In this document: positions 34,752-48,258 of the stretch, one piece after another
Numbering within the stretch: position 1 is the stretch's first letter
Layout: every line of letters starts with the position of its first letter
DNA from: TPA_inf: Saccharomyces
Taxonomy: Eukaryota
DNA: 64,000 nt
NCBI GenBank assembly: GCA_000146045.2
Contig: BK006938.2
Span: forward strand, 192,001-256,000
Direction of reading: 5' to 3'
Position numbers and translations under genes: made by a program
Notes under the pieces: generated by a model
The model's database searches: none
Seen by the model: only the letters and a program-made list of their open reading frames with translations
Told to the model about the DNA's origin: nothing

Positions 34752-34812
34752 TCATCTTTGAAGGCTTGTGCTGATCGAACGAAGCAAATCCTACGAGTAA
34801 ATACATAAGCGT

Positions 34813-34816
<4 letters not shown>

Positions 34817-34864
<48 letters not shown>

Positions 34865-34876
34865 GTGTGTGTGTGT
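34817..34876. repeat. (AT)n about 20 units, interrupted, followed by (GT)6 microsatellite, 3' of CDC53
   Basis: atatatatat... from about 34817, gtatatatatatat, then gtgtgtgtgtgt at 34865-34876. Confidence 0.95.
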
Positions 34877-35062
34877 AATTGTGTGTATTCAACTGAACTA
34901 TGAAGAGTCTTTGACCTCTTGAGAATCTCATAGTATGAAGATATGGCACTTCTCTTTCCGTTGTAACATCCTTTACCGGGCGGCTTTTCGGCCTGCTTGA
35001 GAAGAGATCAGGCTGAAATGATGAGACTGACAACAAGGATCAGTCAGTGGCAGAGTTGAAAT

Positions 35063-35071
35063 TCCGCTGGA
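35063..35071 (+). promoter_or_regulatory. Lys14-type UAS (TCCGCTGGA, consensus TCCRNYGGA) upstream of LYS21
   Basis: Exact match to the LYS-pathway activator consensus, about 325 bp upstream of the LYS21 ATG. Confidence 0.4.
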
Positions 35072-35392
35072 AATCGTCACCAGCAGCTACCAGCTCCAAG
35101 AAATCCGCGTAGAAATCACGTCGCGCAATGTGCGATAGTGGTGGAACAGCGAAAATTAGTCACTTTGCAAAGATGCCAAGCTGATCGTTCTCGTTGTGTG
35201 TGATTCTACGATATTGCGCATGAGTGGTGTTGAGCATGCGTTTGTTCGCATTTTCATGCAGTCTCTTATATACTAATATATATATGCAACAGATTTCAAA
35301 ATTTATCTTTCTTCTTGTTGCGTTTAGGCCTTTATTTGCTACACATTTAAAAGTGCAACGACAACCCAAGTAATTGTATACTTTAACAAACC

Positions 35393-36715
35393 ATGTCTGA
35401 AAATAACGAATTCCAGAGTGTCACCGAATCGACGACTGCTCCAACCACTAGTAACCCATATGGCCCAAATCCTGCGGATTATCTATCCAATGTTAAGAAT
35501 TTCCAGTTGATTGATTCAACACTAAGAGAGGGTGAACAATTTGCCAACGCATTCTTCGATACTGAAAAAAAGATTGAAATTGCTAGAGCCTTGGATGATT
35601 TCGGTGTGGACTACATCGAGTTAACCTCTCCCGTAGCATCCGAACAATCAAGAAAGGACTGTGAAGCTATATGTAAACTAGGTTTAAAGGCCAAGATCCT
35701 TACACACATTCGTTGTCACATGGACGATGCCAGAGTCGCCGTAGAGACTGGTGTCGACGGTGTCGATGTTGTTATCGGCACCTCCAAATTTTTAAGACAA
35801 TATTCCCACGGTAAGGATATGAACTACATCGCCAAGAGTGCTGTTGAAGTCATTGAATTTGTCAAATCCAAAGGTATTGAAATCAGATTTTCCTCTGAAG
35901 ATTCCTTCAGAAGTGATCTCGTTGATCTTTTGAACATTTATAAAACCGTTGACAAGATCGGTGTAAATAGAGTCGGTATTGCCGACACAGTTGGATGTGC
36001 CAACCCAAGACAAGTATATGAACTGATCAGAACTTTGAAGAGTGTTGTCTCATGTGACATCGAATGCCATTTCCACAATGATACCGGTTGTGCCATTGCA
36101 AACGCCTACACTGCTTTGGAAGGTGGTGCCAGATTGATTGACGTCAGTGTACTGGGTATTGGTGAAAGAAACGGTATCACTCCTCTAGGTGGGCTCATGG
36201 CAAGAATGATTGTTGCCGCACCAGACTATGTCAGATCTAAATACAAGCTGCACAAGATCAGAGACATCGAAAACCTGGTCGCTGATGCTGTGGAAGTTAA
36301 CATTCCATTCAACAACCCTATCACCGGGTTCTGTGCATTCACACATAAAGCAGGTATCCATGCCAAGGCCATTTTGGCTAACCCATCTACCTACGAAATC
36401 TTGGACCCTCACGATTTCGGTATGAAGAGATATATCCACTTCGCCAACAGACTAACTGGTTGGAATGCAATCAAATCAAGAGTCGACCAATTGAACTTGA
36501 ATTTGACGGATGATCAAATCAAGGAAGTTACTGCTAAGATTAAGAAGCTGGGTGATGTCAGACCGCTAAATATTGATGATGTAGACTCCATTATCAAGGA
36601 CTTCCATGCAGAATTGAGCACCCCACTTTTAAAACCAGTAAATAAGGGTACAGATGACGACAATATCGATATTTCCAATGGGCATGTTTCTAAAAAGGCA
36701 AAGGTCACCAAATAG
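35393..36715 (+). CDS. LYS21: Homocitrate synthase isozyme, 440 aa
   Basis: Family of the 2-isopropylmalate/homocitrate synthase TIM barrel (LRDGEQ-type motif here [21 protein letters not shown]). 440 aa, and the chromosome IV position in this block identifies it as LYS21. Confidence 0.93.
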   Translation: MSENNEFQSVTESTTAPTTSNPYGPNPADYLSNVKNFQLIDSTLREGEQFANAFFDTEKKIEIARALDDFGVDYIELTSPVASEQSRKDCEAICKLGLKAKILTHIRCHMDDARVAVETGVDGVDVVIGTSKFLRQYSHGKDMNYIAKSAVEVIEFVKSKGIEIRFSSEDSFRSDLVDLLNIYKTVDKIGVNRVGIADTVGCANPRQVYELIRTLKSVVSCDIECHFHNDTGCAIANAYTALEGGARLIDVSVLGIGERNGITPLGGLMARMIVAAPDYVRSKYKLHKIRDIENLVADAVEVNIPFNNPITGFCAFTHKAGIHAKAILANPSTYEILDPHDFGMKRYIHFANRLTGWNAIKSRVDQLNLNLTDDQIKEVTAKIKKLGDVRPLNIDDVDSIIKDFHAELSTPLLKPVNKGTDDDNIDISNGHVSKKAKVTK

Positions 36716-37170
36716 TTTCATTATATATATAGTACACATATTTCAAACATACACATACTGGGCGTTATTAGGTGTTTAAGTACTGGCGATTACCGTAATA
36801 AAATTACTATTTACGTCAACTTTATTCAATAAGCTTTTTCTCCTACTCCGATGTTCAATTGAGGCGGTTGCATCTAGCTTGAAGACGGGGTATTTTAATC
36901 AATTAATTGAGATCAATGAATATTGACTCTGTGCGATTCCCCACGCTATTATACTCTCACGGAGTATTTCCGTTATGATAATGATCACTATATACGTCAA
37001 ATGATCGGTTTCTATTTGCTAACTATTTCAAGCATCATTATTATCTTTTAGGGGGCGGCTGGGGAATTATTTATTATATTTAGTTCAGTCGTTCATAAGA
37101 AAATTGAGCTCTCCATTGTAGATATTAAGAAGCACTTTCACCCAGTCATCCAACCAAACACGCTATCAAT

Positions 37171-37431
37171 ATGTTAAACCGTTGCATTTCCCGTAATACC
37201 AGGCTGCCAGTAAACCTAAGAATTGCCTCTCGCTTTTATTCAGATGGTCCTCTCGGTGGTGCCGGACCTGGTAATCCTCAAGATATCTTTATCAAGAGAG
37301 AACGTGCCAAAGAGGATTATTATGCCAGACAACAAGAGAGGGAACAATTAGCACATGTGAAGGAACAACTAAAAGAACACAAGAAAAAATTAGAGAATTT
37401 AGAAAACAAAATTAATAACCTTTCAAAGTGA
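37171..37431 (+). CDS. STF1: F1F0-ATPase inhibitor-stabilising factor (9-kDa), 86 aa
   Basis: MLNRCISRNTRLPVNLRIASRFYSDGPLGGAGPGNPQDIFIKRERAKEDYYARQQEREQLAHVKEQLKEHKKKLENLENKINNLSK. Mitochondrial presequence plus the IF1-like coiled coil. Confidence 0.88.
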   Translation: MLNRCISRNTRLPVNLRIASRFYSDGPLGGAGPGNPQDIFIKRERAKEDYYARQQEREQLAHVKEQLKEHKKKLENLENKINNLSK

Positions 37432-37628
37432 TTGGTCATTGTTAAGGCTAAAGGTTCTGCAGACACGTTTTGTACGTAGAAAGAAGCAATCATGCCAAAT
37501 CAAAATTAGGAAATGAACATCAGTGGTATTTTATAAGCCTGCACATTATATATAGTATATACGTCACGAATACAGGAACACCGTCAGTTAGAGAAACGTC
37601 GCCTCAGTTTGCTCCTCAGATATTCCTT

Positions 37629-37643
37629 TAAACCCATACATAT
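37629..37643 (+). promoter_or_regulatory. Rap1-type site (tAAACCCATACATA) in the RPP1B promoter
   Basis: One mismatch to ACACCCRYACAYM, about 270 bp upstream of the RPP1B ATG. Confidence 0.4.
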
Positions 37644-37653
37644 CTTACACAAA

Positions 37654-37666
37654 ACATCCGTACATC
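37654..37666 (+). promoter_or_regulatory. Rap1-type site (ACATCCGTACATC) in the RPP1B promoter
   Basis: One mismatch to the consensus, 10 bp downstream of the first site, the typical tandem arrangement of ribosomal-protein promoters. Confidence 0.4.
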
Positions 37667-37905
37667 AGAAGGATTATATGAAACGCAAAAAAAAATAAAA
37701 TTTTCATTTCTGCGTGTCGCGCGAAGGAGAAATCTTAGAATTGAAACTTCCGGCTAACGGTTGCTAAAACTAGTTTCCAATGTAATACCAAATAAGCATT
37801 TGATGTTGAATCTGTAAGCCCCTTCGTGATATTTCAAGGTTAAATTACGAATTGCAGTTTCAGTTAATCTTGGACTAACAAAGAAATCAAACAACTAAGA
37901 AGAAA

Positions 37906-38019
37906 ATGTCTGACTCTATTATTTCCTTTGCTGCTTTCATCCTAGCTGATGCTGGTTTGGAAATCACCTCTGACAACTTATTGACTATCACCAAGGCCGC
38001 TGGTGCTAATGTCGACAAC
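37906..38019 (+). CDS. RPP1B: RPP1B exon 1 (38 codons)
   Basis: ATG at 37906, MSDSIISFAAFILADAGLEITSDNLLTITKAAGANVDN, then the GTATGT donor at 38020. Confidence 0.88.
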
Positions 38020-38320
38020 GTATGTACAAAAATGCAACCTAAAACGACTTTGTGTGACTACGAAGAGAAAGATTAGACAACAATCGTCCCGAGAAATGCG
38101 CAATTTTGAATAATGGGGGACAGAAAAATTCCATGTAACGTTTCCCTCTAACATGATGAGATACTAGGGGGCAATACATGTAGAAATATTTCTCCATTAA
38201 CGTATTTAACGGAAAGCACAAGTCAGGATCGAATTACTTCTTCAAGGATCTCATTTTACTAACAAACTCAACGAATAACGACTCTTCCTATGGAGCTTGT
38301 TATATGTATCATTGAATTAG
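38020..38320 (+). other. RPP1B: RPP1B intron (301 nt)
   Basis: GTATGT at 38020, TACTAAC at about 38256-38262, acceptor ttgaattAG at 38319-38320. Confidence 0.85.
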
Positions 38321-38527
38321 GTCTGGGCTGATGTTTACGCTAAGGCTTTGGAAGGTAAGGACTTGAAGGAAATCCTATCTGGTTTCCATAACGCTGGCCC
38401 TGTTGCTGGTGCTGGTGCTGCTTCTGGCGCTGCCGCTGCTGGTGGTGACGCTGCTGCTGAAGAAGAAAAAGAAGAAGAAGCTGCTGAAGAATCTGACGAC
38501 GACATGGGTTTCGGTTTATTCGACTAA
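38321..38527 (+). CDS. RPP1B: RPP1B exon 2; acidic ribosomal stalk protein P1-beta, 106 aa total
   Basis: [68 protein letters not shown], stop TAA 38525-38527. This is the canonical P-protein C-terminal tail. Confidence 0.9.
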   Translation, partial: VWADVYAKALEGKDLKEILSGFHNAGPVAGAGAASGAAAAGGDAAAEEEKEEEAAEESDDDMGFGLFD

Positions 38528-39023
38528 ACATACAAGGAAAGTCATTTTTTCTGCAACGTTTTTTTACCCTTTATGTATATATATTTACATATAAAATAAA
38601 CCTCTAATCAATCAGTATTTAAAAATCGGAAGTAATGTCCATACGAAAGGGCTACGAGAATTTAACCATCTCGTTCTTTGCTAGAAATGGCACTGCGGGA
38701 TAGCCCCTGGTTGCGGGATATCAGACCTGTCGTCACCATAGCAACCAAAAATTACATAAACCCATGGTTGCTCGCCCTTTGATGGCGACGCCGACCGAAG
38801 CTTCTCCCGCGCACATTTTTAAAATTTTTACTCATCGGGAATGAAAGGTTCTTTGACACATGTAAAGCTCCCTAAGTTGGACATACGTCGGTCCTTACAG
38901 GCTTAGCAATACACCTATAAGGCACTAGAAACGTATAAAATTTGAGCACTTTAGTTTCTCATCCCTTTTGATACGAAACGCGGGCAAGGCTACGGCATAC
39001 AGGAATTTAACATTTTGTTGGCT

Positions 39024-39899
39024 ATGGAGCTAAGAAGTAGACGGAGCGCAGAGGCCTATCTTGTCACGCCTGAGGAACCTGCCAAGAATAAGAGTGAACG
39101 GAGCATAGAATCCAATGAGAGGGTCGGCACGAGGGAAGCAAAGAGCGAGAACACAAGTGTATTTAGTCCCGCTTACTCTGATACCGCTACTACAGATTCA
39201 TCGAAGAAAGTTGATGACAATGAATACTACAATTTTACTAGTCACTTCATGCCATCTTTGAAAAACACCAGAGAACTAGAAAACACAATTCTCAATCTCA
39301 TACAGAGGATAAAGGAAGGGGATGATGAAACGTTAGTTAGTGAGAAAGATCTCATATTAAGTGTGCTTAACAGGTCTTTAGCATCCACATCTCACTGGAA
39401 GTTACAGGCCCAGCTATCGGAGTTAAGGGCCACCTCAGAGGGAAGGTATGCAGTTGAGACAAACTTGTTGAAAAAAGAGGTAGAATTTTTAAAAAACAAG
39501 ACCCCAAAAACCAACGAAAGTGCAAGTTCCGCAGAGTTGAGACCACTTCTTGAACGACCTTTAAAGCGTAAACTGTCATTGCCAGGACTAGCGCAAAGAC
39601 CATTATCCACTGGCGCTAGGCTAGAAGGAGGATATGGAGGTGTATCGCCGAACTCATGGAAAACCAAAGTTCCAAAACTTCCTCTTCCTGCTTCCCGGCC
39701 GTCTTTGAATCTTTCTCCCCAAAAAGTCCCAACGGGTACTGATAAAGTTGAGGAAGATACCAAAATTGACACATTGGAATTAGTAGAGAACAATAAACCG
39801 CATCCAAGGATGAGAAGAAGGAGTGACAATCCAGCAACAAACGAATATGTGAGAGTTTTTCATTTGGAGAAAAAAGAACCTAAATCACGAAAAAAATAG
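39024..39899 (+). CDS. YDL129W, uncharacterised Ser/Lys-rich protein, 291 aa from the first ATG
   Basis: The track ORF starts at TTG (39015). The first ATG at 39024 gives MELRSRRSAEAYLVTPEEPAKNK... Low-complexity, probably disordered, protein. Confidence 0.75.
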   Translation: MELRSRRSAEAYLVTPEEPAKNKSERSIESNERVGTREAKSENTSVFSPAYSDTATTDSSKKVDDNEYYNFTSHFMPSLKNTRELENTILNLIQRIKEGDDETLVSEKDLILSVLNRSLASTSHWKLQAQLSELRATSEGRYAVETNLLKKEVEFLKNKTPKTNESASSAELRPLLERPLKRKLSLPGLAQRPLSTGARLEGGYGGVSPNSWKTKVPKLPLPASRPSLNLSPQKVPTGTDKVEEDTKIDTLELVENNKPHPRMRRRSDNPATNEYVRVFHLEKKEPKSRKK

Positions 39900-40651
39900 T
39901 ATGCTAGAAAAAAATATTATTGAACGTCAATAATTTTTCTTTCTCATGGGACCAAACACATCATTTATTCTCTAATAATATTCTATTCTCTTTATTTCTG
40001 GTTTACTCTTTTAAAATTCTCCAAAGAGAAATATCTCCTTCAATTCTTCAGTTACGAATTTATGTTTACTTTTAACCTCTATCATACACCTTTAATCTAA
40101 TGCCTCCAACTGTCTGTAATTTTAGTACAACTTAAAAGGGAAATTTTCCGAAAGTGTGAAAAAATTGGATTTTTTTTTCTCCTATTGAACTCAATGGAAG
40201 CTATCAGTTTGGAGAGGGACAATTATTTTCCTTCTTGTTTTTTGCCAAGAGAACAATATTGTAGTATTTAAGTTCTAATTTAATGTTATATATACTTATC
40301 TAATAGTTTTTTTTTTTCAATTAGATTGTTTTCCTTACGACGTTAATCCCTTGTCATCCTCACTTACGAACTTCGATGAATATGACATACGTAATCGGGA
40401 ATGTTTTGTAAACTAATTGACGTAGTTCCTTTTTCGTAAACTGGACTGGACGGCTTGATCAAAATTCCCGAAAAATAAAAATTTCCCTCACGAGAATATG
40501 GAAATTACTATCGCCCAGCATTATTTTATCTCCTCAGAGAGTAAAAGAAGTTTCCTCTTTCCTAAACTTAAAAAGCAGTCCTAAATATATAGTTGACTTC
40601 GACGCATATCATTCATCGGCTGCTGATAGCAAATAAAACAACATAGATACA

Positions 40652-41887
40652 ATGGATGCAACTACCCCACTATTAACTGTTGCGAACAGTCATCCCGCCC
40701 GCAATCCAAAGCACACTGCATGGAGAGCAGCTGTGTATGATTTACAGTATATTTTGAAAGCGTCACCCCTGAATTTCCTATTGGTATTTGTTCCTTTAGG
40801 TCTGATTTGGGGACACTTCCAACTATCTCATACACTGACATTTCTTTTTAATTTCTTGGCAATTATACCGTTGGCAGCTATCTTGGCTAATGCCACGGAA
40901 GAGTTGGCTGATAAGGCTGGTAACACCATTGGGGGACTGCTAAATGCTACTTTTGGTAACGCTGTGGAACTAATTGTTTCTATCATTGCCCTGAAAAAAG
41001 GTCAAGTGAGAATTGTGCAGGCCTCGATGCTAGGTAGTCTTCTTTCTAATTTGCTGTTAGTGCTTGGATTATGCTTCATATTCGGTGGATACAATAGAGT
41101 CCAACAGACATTCAACCAAACCGCCGCTCAAACAATGTCCTCATTACTTGCCATTGCGTGTGCATCCCTACTGATTCCCGCTGCCTTTAGAGCCACCCTA
41201 CCTCATGGCAAGGAAGACCACTTCATCGATGGAAAAATATTGGAGTTATCCAGAGGCACCTCTATTGTTATTCTCATCGTTTACGTTTTGTTCTTATATT
41301 TCCAGCTAGGGAGCCATCACGCCTTGTTTGAGCAACAAGAAGAAGAGACCGATGAAGTTATGAGCACCATTTCCAGGAATCCACATCACTCTTTGAGTGT
41401 CAAGTCATCATTGGTGATACTTCTAGGTACAACTGTGATCATCTCTTTTTGTGCGGATTTTCTAGTCGGTACGATAGACAACGTTGTTGAATCTACCGGG
41501 CTATCTAAAACATTTATAGGTTTGATTGTCATTCCTATTGTGGGTAATGCCGCAGAGCATGTCACTTCAGTCTTGGTGGCCATGAAGGATAAGATGGATC
41601 TGGCGCTAGGTGTTGCCATCGGTTCCTCTTTACAAGTTGCCTTATTTGTTACACCATTCATGGTTCTTGTGGGCTGGATGATCGATGTTCCAATGACGCT
41701 AAATTTCTCCACTTTTGAAACCGCTACTCTTTTTATTGCTGTTTTCTTATCCAATTACTTAATTCTCGATGGTGAGTCAAACTGGTTGGAGGGTGTCATG
41801 TCTCTAGCTATGTATATTTTGATTGCAATGGCATTTTTCTATTATCCAGACGAAAAAACCCTTGACTCTATTGGAAATAGTTTATGA
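40652..41887 (+). CDS. VCX1: Vacuolar H+/Ca2+ exchanger (CaCA family), 411 aa
   Basis: Two alpha-repeat regions ([13 protein letters not shown]... and [14 protein letters not shown]...) flank an acidic loop ([10 protein letters not shown]). 11 predicted TM helices. 411 aa. Confidence 0.93.
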
Positions 41888-42531
41888 GTAAGAACAGTAG
41901 CGCAGAAATTCACCATTCTCTTTTTTTTTATATTTTATCTTCTTCGTAATTCTATCGATGGACCAATACAAAGATGATTATGACTAGCAAGTCATTATTA
42001 TGATCGTTATATTATACATATTATGTTTACGCAACTAATTTTTATATCGAATTTTATCTGAAAAAAAGTTTTCAAAACCAACAAAATATTTTGTACACTC
42101 TTCGAAACTCAAATTCTGCACCATTTCCATTCTGATAAAAGGTTTAATATTTCGAAGCTTCTCAACTACAGCTCGTGTTCTTCTTGCAGCACATCAGCTG
42201 CTTTGCTGCACTGTTCAGGGTAACGTTATTCATTACAACGAGAATATTTAGGAATTTTGCTCAAATTCATGGAGCTTCCTACATCATTGCACAACAGAAT
42301 TTCGTTTTGTAGTATAGTTTATTAGAAACAAATGTGAATAGATCATGAGACGCGAAGCCCTATTTTAGCGGATTTTAGCCTTACATTTCTGAGTGAGAAT
42401 GCCAGCTGAAACACATTCTTGTTACATCTGTCACGGCATTCCAGCTGTAAAAAACCAGCAGATATCGCATAAAAAAATGGCCAGCTATAGAATAAAATTA
42501 GCCCAGCTATATTTTTATAGCGTCTTTTGAT

Positions 42532-42565
42532 GACGCGAAAAGTAGACTTCGCGTAACACGAAAAA
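42532..42565 (+). promoter_or_regulatory. Cluster of SCB-like elements (gaCGCGAAAa, ttcgcgt/ACGCGAA, CACGAAAaa) upstream of PCL2
   Basis: CRCGAAA-type SBF sites lie 360-395 bp upstream of the PCL2 ATG. A further weaker gacgcgaag sits at 42348-42356. Confidence 0.45.
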
Positions 42566-42926
42566 TGCTGGTGCAGGTGGATTTTTTTGGCAGATACTAC
42601 GGTCAATTCTCCGCTCGAAGATTTTTATAGGCCTGGCTAGTTACCTATTTAGTGCAAATTGGGAAGAGATCTATTGTTCCCGCAGACACGCTAAGTGGTA
42701 GCTGTAACTTCGGAGACGTGTGAGACCTTCCTCAAACATGTTACAGGTTGATCGATTTACACATCTAATGCAAGTTTAAGTGCTTCTTAAGTGTTTTTTT
42801 CTTTAGTCTTATAAGTTCTCCTTTCTTTCACTTTATAATTCTCCTTTATAAAAGTAAGACCCGGTGCTAAACAACCTGATCCGACAAGAGCAATTTCAAT
42901 ACGGCAGCAACTTTTTACTACAAAAG

Positions 42927-43853
42927 ATGTCAAACTACGAAGCCTTGCTGAAATTCAATAGGAAGGCTGTATCTAAGGAAATGGTGCAATATCTAGCATC
43001 GACCACAGCTTCCATTATCAAAATTAAGAAGACGAATAGTATGATAGATATTGCATTGCCAGCACCACCGTTGACTAAATTCATCAACAGACTGATCAAG
43101 CATTCTAACGTTCAAACTCCGACTCTGATGGCTACCTCTGTATATTTGGCCAAATTAAGATCAATAATACCGAGTAACGTTTATGGTATAGAGACCACCA
43201 GGCATAGAATATTCTTAGGTTGCCTAATATTAGCTGCAAAAACGTTAAATGATTCCTCCCCTCTTAACAAACACTGGGCCGAATATACGGACGGCCTTCT
43301 CATCCTAAGGGAGGTTAATACTATTGAAAGGGAACTATTAGAATATTTTGATTGGGACGTCACCATTTCCACAGATGATTTAATTACATGTCTCTCGCCA
43401 TTCTTGAAGCCTATCAAAGAGGAGCAGTTGTACAAATCGCAAAGAGACTGTCGCACGTTGAAAAATTTTTCTGCTCAAGAAAAAGACATAGTAAACAAAA
43501 CATCCATTTCCCATTCGCGCTCATCGTCCAATATGTCTATCCCATCTTTAGCTTCCACTTCGACCCTCTCCACGTTGGAATCTAGAAGATCGAATTTATC
43601 CAATTATAGTAACAGAATACGAACTTTGCCCGAACTACACGAATCCAATAACATTAGCGACAAGTTTTCTCCGCGAACATACAACATAGACTCCAAACAC
43701 GATAACAAGGAAAATAGGCCAATACCGACAATTAAGCCTTTTAATTTTAGTAAAGCGCGCCCTGTGATCTTGAAAACTGGGTTAAACAAACAGATAATAA
43801 AAGAAGATACAAAAGTAAAGAAATCGAATTGGTCAAATTACTTCAAATCGTGA
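42927..43853 (+). CDS. PCL2: Pho85 cyclin Pcl2 (G1, Pcl1,2 subfamily), 308 aa
   Basis: The track ORF starts at GTG (42864). The first ATG at 42927 gives MSNYEALLKFNRKAVSKEMVQYLASTT..., a cyclin box (ATSVYLAKLRSIIP...RIFLGCLILAAKTLNDSSP) and a Ser-rich tail. 308 aa. Confidence 0.88.
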   Translation: MSNYEALLKFNRKAVSKEMVQYLASTTASIIKIKKTNSMIDIALPAPPLTKFINRLIKHSNVQTPTLMATSVYLAKLRSIIPSNVYGIETTRHRIFLGCLILAAKTLNDSSPLNKHWAEYTDGLLILREVNTIERELLEYFDWDVTISTDDLITCLSPFLKPIKEEQLYKSQRDCRTLKNFSAQEKDIVNKTSISHSRSSSNMSIPSLASTSTLSTLESRRSNLSNYSNRIRTLPELHESNNISDKFSPRTYNIDSKHDNKENRPIPTIKPFNFSKARPVILKTGLNKQIIKEDTKVKKSNWSNYFKS

Positions 43854-44156
43854 TTTTAAATGTCGAAATTATGCCTGGCCTGCGTTTCTTCATGGCACTT
43901 TCGGAAAAGGCGGAAGAACACAGGTAAATGTTCTTACGACCGAGGTCCTACAGCCTCCCTTTTTTCTTATTTTACATATTAATATACATAAATATACCAT
44001 AATGCATTCTTTTTCTAATGATTTAGCTCTCCTTTTTTTGACAAATTTGAAAATAAATATAAAAAGGGCCATAAAATATTGAGTTAAAATTGACGATTTT
44101 TTTTATAGAAATGACTTGAATTTACGATTTAAAATAAAAATATACCTGGCATATAA

Positions 44157-46703
<2,547 letters not shown>

Positions 46704-47018
46704 TCAATGGCGTTGAGTCAAATCTTAATAGAACTAGATTAATTGACTACATCAACTGCGGATCTCTTAAATACACGGCCCTGATATATGTCCTTTTTTG
46801 CCACCGAATTCACATTCGAGGGGTTGCCGGGTAGTGCGCAAAAGGCGGTAGGTTAAAAAGGAAGGAGTTAGAGCTGTTCATAAGGTATCGATAGCAACGA
46901 TGGCTAGTAACATGATTGTTAGCATTATAGAGTGGATATGAATGGAAGCAAACACACCCATATGTATAAACTTAAATATGAAAAGAAAACGCTAAAAGAA
47001 ATCATAGCATGCATTACT

Positions 47019-47398
47019 CTAATCGGAGCCTTCTAGTTTGGCAAGCAATTCCTTGTGTAGCTTGCCCAACTTATCGAAGTCCGTTTCTTGGGCTGGCCAC
47101 CCTACAATCAAACCACTTTTCTCATCTCTCTTAGGAATCAAATGGAAGTGGACGTGGTCGACTTCTTGATGCGCAATTTTACCATTATTCTGCAACACAT
47201 TATAAGTGTCCAACTTCATTGCCTTGGCCAGTCTCTTGGCAATCGGCATAGCATCGGTAAGGAATTCGTCCGGGATGTCATGCAACTTCGCACCATGGTA
47301 CTTAGGAATGATTAAAGCATGACCTTCAGCAGTAGGTTGGATGTCCAAGAAAGCATACGAGTACTTTGTTTCAATCAATTTGAAGGATGGAATTTCGC
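47019..47398 (-). CDS. HNT1: HNT1 exon 2; HIT-family adenosine 5'-monophosphoramidase, 158 aa total
   Basis: Exon 2 starts with GC (completing AGC, Ser33) then EIPSFKLIETKYSYAFLDIQPTAEGHALIIPKYHGAKLHDIPDEF... and the HIT motif HVHFHLIP. Stop at 47019-47021. Confidence 0.88.
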
Positions 47399-47509
47399 CT
47401 GTTGCATAGCGGATCGATTGTTAGTATTCTGCTTTATGTATATGTACTACATAGAGACTATCGCCATCATTGGTGTGAGTGTAAGCTCTTTATTAGTAAT
47501 GTGACATAC
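47399..47509 (-). other. HNT1: HNT1 intron (111 nt)
   Basis: Minus-strand GTATGT donor at 47509-47504, TACTAAC branch site (plus-strand gttagta at 47420-47426), acceptor CAG at 47401-47399. Confidence 0.82.
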
Positions 47510-47606
47510 TTTTAATAATCTTGCAAAAAATACAGGCAGCATCAAGCGTAGCAGGAGCAGACATTTTTGTTGTTGTTAGGTACGGTGCCGATATCAATGG
47601 CTCCAT
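47510..47606 (-). CDS. HNT1: HNT1 exon 1 (32 codons + 1 nt)
   Basis: ATG at 47606-47604 gives MEPLISAPYLTTTKMSAPATLDAACIFCKIIK plus the first base of Ser33. Exons 1 and 2 total 477 nt, i.e. 158 aa plus stop. Confidence 0.85.
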
Positions 47607-48258
47607 CAATGTTTCTTAAAAGTCTGGAAGGCGTGCTGATTGTCCTTTTACTTCATAATGTTCTCCGCTTTCCAGTCGAACACACATCACATTACACGAT
47701 CGTACAGCAATGCTTCAGTAGGGCGGTAACTTCTTCAGAAGAGAACGGACCCGCCATTATTTCTGCAAGGAATATTCTGTAACGATTCGCACCATATCTT
47801 AAAGCTTCTCAAGCTTACTGTTTTATGTGACCTCCTTTTGTACTTTTCAAGTTCTGTAGACAAGTGTCAATTCAACCTTTGAGGCTACGTGGCCAACAAG
47901 GTCTTGCGCGATTTACCGGTGTTTCCTTTGCGCCCCCTGCTCATGCCATCAAAACGGCACGCTGTTTTGTAGAAGCCTCCATGCGTCTCCTATTTGGGTC
48001 CTTGCAAAATAGTCTAACGAAAGCGCGGAGAATTAACCGGAAAAAGGAAGTTGCCACACTCCCCTTACTAATCCACACCTAGGATCTCCTTTACTCGTAT
48101 TTTGAATATCTACGAAAACACTCACATACGCTCATCCCATATATATATATATATATATACGGATATATTGATAGTCGGATACTACGTGGATATGGATACA
48201 CATGTAAACGGTTGTGTTACCCTAAAGAAACGGAGGTCAGTTAACAACACTTTTACAG

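Noticed and set aside
35037-35392. Gcn4 (TGACTC) general-control boxes upstream of LYS21
   Set aside because: Only TGACTGA-type near-misses are seen (around 35020-35050), no exact TGASTCA. Not reported as a feature.
42343-42606. 87-aa minus-strand ORF in the VCX1-PCL2 intergenic region
   Set aside because: It overlies the SCB-rich PCL2 promoter, has low-complexity composition and no recognisable domain. Most likely a chance ORF.
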